Part shown: positions 60,691 to 64,000 of the stretch, one piece after another
Layout: each line of letters starts with the position of its first letter
Position numbering within the stretch: the stretch's first letter is position 1
Source: Candidatus Moraniibacteriota bacterium
Lineage (GTDB): Bacteria > Patescibacteriota > Minisyncoccia > Moranbacterales > GCA-2747515
Assembly: GCA_046116545.1 (NCBI GenBank)
Contig: CP175956.1
Location: forward strand, 385,734-449,733
DNA: 64,000 nucleotides
Reading direction: 5' to 3'
Position numbers and translations under genes: made by a program
Notes under the pieces: generated by a model
Database searches by the model: none
The model's input: only the letters and a program-made list of their open reading frames with translations
What the model was told of the DNA's origin: nothing

Positions 60691-61665
60691 CTAGTAAATA
60701 TAACCCCTTATTACCCTAGCATTTTTACTAAGAGTTCTATTATTTACAACACCCCAACCTTTATAGTTCATCTCTGATACAGTAATTGTGTCTTTTCCTA
60801 CTTTCTCTACAATAGCAACGTGCCCATACCTAGCATCTTCTGTTGTTACAACAATTGCACCCACCTTTGGTTTCGTACCAGTTTTACGACCAGCTGCACG
60901 AGCATTATACAGCCATGCACCTGCATTACCTCTCCATGTTACGCTTTTCTTATTTGCTACATAATATGTACAATATCCATATGGGAAACTATTTCCTGCT
61001 GTTCTTGTCTTTGTACTATTTTTAATAATGCTACTTCCCAAGTTTGTACTACCACTACCTGTTGCAACGTATTCTCTAGGAGTTAATAATGGATCTGGCT
61101 CGGGCTCAGGAATATCTTTTTGAGCTCCTGGTATTATAATTTCTTCACCTTCTTTTAATTCTCCATTAGCTGGCAAACTGTTGTATGAGATTATTTCTTT
61201 CTTGTTTGTCTCATATTCTTTTGCAATTTTTTCAATAGTTTCACCTGGTTTAACTTTATGCTTTAATCCTGAAACTGGCAAAATAAAGATGGTATCTCCT
61301 GGACTTATATCATTAACATCCTCAATTTCATTTGCCCAAAAGAGAGTTGCTGTTGTGACACTATGTTTTTGTGCAATTGTACTTAAAGTATCACCTCTTT
61401 TTACTGTATACAAAATAACATCACCTTCATTTTCAGGATCACTTGCGCCATCTTTTCTTGGTGGGATAATTGCTGAGTCCACAAGTAATTCTTCATTGCT
61501 TTCTGATGACATTGCTAGTTCTGTATTTGTACTCGCTTCCTCTTTTTCTTCCACAGTAGTAACATGTGTATCTGTGTCTCCAACAATACCTCCATCCAGT
61601 ATCAAACTATCTGCCTCTTCAATTATTTCTTCTTTTATTCCCTTTTCACTCCAATGCCCTACCAA
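60691..61665 (-). CDS. peptidoglycan hydrolase: 2x LysM + C-terminal CHAP domain (start uncertain, TTG at 61665 or further upstream)
   Basis: LysM: YTVKRGDTLSTIAQKHSVTTATLFWANEI and HKVKPGETIEKIAKEYETNKKEIISYNSL; CHAP: YGYCTYYVA...GHVAIVEKV (Cys/His pair). Confidence 0.65.
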   Translation of the reverse strand: MVGHWSEKGIKEEIIEEADSLILDGGIVGDTDTHVTTVEEKEEASTNTELAMSSESNEELLVDSAIIPPRKDGASDPENEGDVILYTVKRGDTLSTIAQKHSVTTATLFWANEIEDVNDISPGDTIFILPVSGLKHKVKPGETIEKIAKEYETNKKEIISYNSLPANGELKEGEEIIIPGAQKDIPEPEPDPLLTPREYVATGSGSTNLGSSIIKNSTKTRTAGNSFPYGYCTYYVANKKSVTWRGNAGAWLYNARAAGRKTGTKPKVGAIVVTTEDARYGHVAIVEKVGKDTITVSEMNYKGWGVVNNRTLSKNARVIRGYIY

Positions 61666-62105
61666 AAAGGTTTCATCATTATTATTTTGAGCTGAAATAT
61701 TACCAAAAATAATTAAGGTTGCTATACCAACTATAACAGTTAGGCTACCGTTTTTTCTTATGAATCTACCTATACCAAAAAAAGAACGTCGACGAAAAGA
61801 CGTGACGATAAAATTTTCGACTATATAAAAATATTTTTGAATTGTTTTTAGAACGTTATTTAAAAAATAACGTATTCTATTAAAGCGTTTAATACGCAGT
61901 TTTTCCTTATATACAACTTCTCACGTAAGGTAATTCACTAATTTATAGCTATTACCATCTGTGAAAGTCTTATTTTTTAACTTCATTCATTATAGACATA
62001 TTCATTCATTTGTCAATGCAAACATAAACATGCTTATGGATATTATAGCACTTTTTTGATGCTATGTTACAATATAATTGTGGGACATAAATATAAAATA
62101 AAAAT

Positions 62106-63041
62106 ATGCAACAAAATCTAAAAAAACTTGTGTCTGACTATTTAGAATATTTAGAAGTTGAATTAAATAGAAGTCCTAAAACAATTGAAAATTATGATCA
62201 TTATTTAACTAGATTTATTAATTTTATACAAAAAAAGTATGTAATTACTTCTCCTGAAAATATTTCTCTTGATATCGTACATAAATATAGAGTTTATTTA
62301 CACAGATATGAAATGAATGATGGATCTACATTTAAAATCTCAACTCAAAATTATCATGTTATTGCCTTGCGAAACTTTCTTAAATATTTATCAAAACAAG
62401 ATATTAAAACACTCTCTGCTGAAAAAATAGAGATAGGAAAAGCACCTCAACGAGAGGTGGAATTTCTAGAACCTGAAGAAGTTGAGCGGTTATTGTTAGC
62501 TGCTGATGGTCCAAATCGTAGCGCAAAAAGAGATCGCGCATTATTGGAATTGTTATTTTCAGCTGGACTCCGTGTTTCTGAATTAGTCTCAATTGATATT
62601 GAAGATATTAACTTAGATAGACAAGAATTTAGCGTAAAAGGTAAGGGTGCTAAAATAAGACTTGTTTTTATATCTAATACAGCAAAAAATGCTATTACTA
62701 AATATTTAAATGCTCGCAACGATATTGATCCTGCACTATTTATACGAGATAAGGTTGGCACAAATAAAGAAGCTGATGCCAAGGGATTGCGACTGACACC
62801 AAGAAGTGTACAAAGAATTGTAAAAAAATATGCAACAAAAGCTGGTATAGTAAAAAACGTTCACCCACATACGTTGAGACATTCTTTTGCTACTGACTTA
62901 CTACAAAATGGTGCTGATATAAGAAGTGTGCAAGAAATGCTTGGTCATGCAAACATAACAACAACTCAAATTTATACACATATAACAAATAAAAACCTTA
63001 AAAATATACATGATAAATTTCATGGTAAAAATTCTTCCTAA
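62106..63041 (+). CDS. tyrosine site-specific recombinase, XerC/XerD family
   Basis: R..(SELVSI), HTLRHSFATDLLQNGADIRSVQEMLGH, catalytic Tyr in TTQIYTH; 311 aa. Confidence 0.8.
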   Translation: MQQNLKKLVSDYLEYLEVELNRSPKTIENYDHYLTRFINFIQKKYVITSPENISLDIVHKYRVYLHRYEMNDGSTFKISTQNYHVIALRNFLKYLSKQDIKTLSAEKIEIGKAPQREVEFLEPEEVERLLLAADGPNRSAKRDRALLELLFSAGLRVSELVSIDIEDINLDRQEFSVKGKGAKIRLVFISNTAKNAITKYLNARNDIDPALFIRDKVGTNKEADAKGLRLTPRSVQRIVKKYATKAGIVKNVHPHTLRHSFATDLLQNGADIRSVQEMLGHANITTTQIYTHITNKNLKNIHDKFHGKNSS

Positions 63042-63046
63042 CTTTT

Positions 63047-63463
63047 TTATTTATTCATGTTTTTTATATACTTTGCATATTTTTGATCTTCTATAAGAAT
63101 ATGGTTTGTGAGCCAAGAACCCATAAAGTTTTCAATTTCGAAAACAAGTTTGTGTTTGTCAGCATCAGCCTCAGAACAAACTACTTTTAATTCCTTGTAT
63201 TTATCAACAAATACTTGATGTTGTTTATGATGTTCTTGTGTTTGAGGATACCCTATATCTTTTAAATATTGCTCTTCATACACCAAATGACCATTCATGT
63301 ATTTCTCAAAAAAATCAATAAGATCTATAACAACATTATCTGCTGTTTTATCAACAATTGCGTCTAACAGAGAATTAATTTTTTCAAATAATTGCTTATG
63401 CTGTTTATCTAAAATATTATGATTGACTGACATATCCTCAGTCCATTGAAATTTAATATCCAT
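63047..63463 (-). CDS. hemerythrin-like (bacteriohemerythrin) metal-binding protein
   Basis: W..D...H.ILD.QHK.LF, HF..EE, H..H, WL.NHI..ED residues spaced as in hemerythrin four-helix bundle; 138 aa. Confidence 0.7.
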   Translation of the reverse strand: MDIKFQWTEDMSVNHNILDKQHKQLFEKINSLLDAIVDKTADNVVIDLIDFFEKYMNGHLVYEEQYLKDIGYPQTQEHHKQHQVFVDKYKELKVVCSEADADKHKLVFEIENFMGSWLTNHILIEDQKYAKYIKNMNK

Positions 63464-63517
63464 ACTTTTTAATTAATATATTAATATATTAATTATACTA
63501 TATCTATAAGTAAATAT

Positions 63518-63557
63518 AAAAAGGTAAGAAGTCGATTTCGACTTCTTACCTTATTTT
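63518..63557 (-). terminator. terminator after hemerythrin gene
   Basis: aaaaaggtaagaagtcga-ttt-cgacttcttaccttatttt. Confidence 0.7.
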
Positions 63558-63797
63558 ATACATGAATATATAACTAATACACTGACAGCACTAGCTAATA
63601 TACAACCAAAAAAAATTCCAACACTAAATCCCAAAAATAATAATACACTTATGGGACAAACAATAAAAAATATTGTTATTATTTTATTCATTGTAGCCCT
63701 CTCACCAAAGATTCTAATTGATTATAAAAAGTAATTTTAAAGTACATGCATATCAGCATTATAACCATTAAATTTAACTACAGTCAATTACCTATGT

Positions 63798-64000
63798 TTA
63801 AATTTTTTCTATAGGTGCTATGCTTTTTGCTAACTTTTTAAGACCAAATCCCTTAAATACAATATGAATAATAATATCATCCTGCCCCACAACGATTCCT
63901 TCCCCAAAATCCCTGTGTTTCACTTTATCACCATCTATAAATGTATCTCTATCATCATCTATTATCAAAACACTTTCTGGCTTTTTTTCAAAGAAATCAT
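63798..64000 (-). CDS. UvrD/PcrA-like helicase, C-terminal end only (3'-partial in window)
   Basis: own translation of minus strand: ...DGDKVKHRDFGEGIVVGQDDIIIHIVFKGFGLKKLAKSIAPIEKI* matches the conserved G..V.H..FG.G.V C-terminal tail of UvrD/Rep/PcrA; stop rc at 63798-63800. Confidence 0.45.
   Translation of the reverse strand, partial: DFFEKKPESVLIIDDDRDTFIDGDKVKHRDFGEGIVVGQDDIIIHIVFKGFGLKKLAKSIAPIEKI

Noticed and set aside
63561-63692. Approx. 45-aa hydrophobic ORF on the minus strand (MNKIITIFFIVCPISVLLFLGFSVGIFFGCILASAVSVLVIYSCIK)
   Set aside because: It could be a genuine small membrane peptide, but there is no RBS or conservation evidence; in AT-rich DNA such ORFs arise by chance, so it is left uncalled
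1-64000. Scan for tRNA, rRNA and stop-codon reassignment
   Set aside because: No GGTTCGAAT-type T-loops or rRNA-like conserved blocks were seen. Long ORFs are intact and the observed frameshifts are explained by homopolymer indels rather than in-frame TGA, so there is no evidence for an alternative genetic code from this window alone

Overview
This is an AT-rich (~30-35% GC), densely coding 64 kb window. Most genes are on the minus strand. The gene set (uvrA, gyrA, nth, tgt, fba, pepA, an alpha2-type glycyl-tRNA synthetase, an ABC-F ATPase, a shortened UvrC), several giant repeat-rich surface proteins and many small membrane-anchored hypotheticals suggest a small-genome, uncultivated bacterium (CPR/Patescibacteria-like). 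That attribution is inference. No rRNA, tRNA or CRISPR was found.

The most unusual stretch is a co-directional island at 1655-12982. It has a divergent adenylosuccinate-synthetase-like ligase, a stand-alone pyruvate-kinase-like TIM barrel, a vWA protein and a J-domain/kinase-like protein (these two are in a visibly GC-richer segment). They are followed by uridine-kinase/NRK-like, eukaryote-type NMNAT-like, PncA-like, HD-domain, nucleotidyltransferase+P-loop-kinase fusion and NrtR-like (Nudix+wHTH) genes. I read this as a nicotinamide-riboside/NAD salvage regulon fused to a candidate novel nucleotide-derivative pathway.

Other notable features: a T-box riboswitch leader (with its own sigma70-like promoter and intrinsic terminator) upstream of the glycyl-tRNA synthetase operon; a dispersed family of 'TGTCATT + palindrome' MITE/REP-like intergenic repeats; a 2096-aa ConA/LamG-like surface protein followed by two small membrane-anchored proteins, each transcription unit bounded by its own terminator, with a ~130-bp leader repeat upstream of the giant gene and of the 243-aa gene; a tandem array of four small genes, three of which carry a conserved ~40-nt upstream motif; a 1135-aa phage-tail-fibre-repeat surface protein; and two genes (a TrmB-family regulator paralog and a lipoprotein) interrupted by +1 frameshifts inside poly-A runs.
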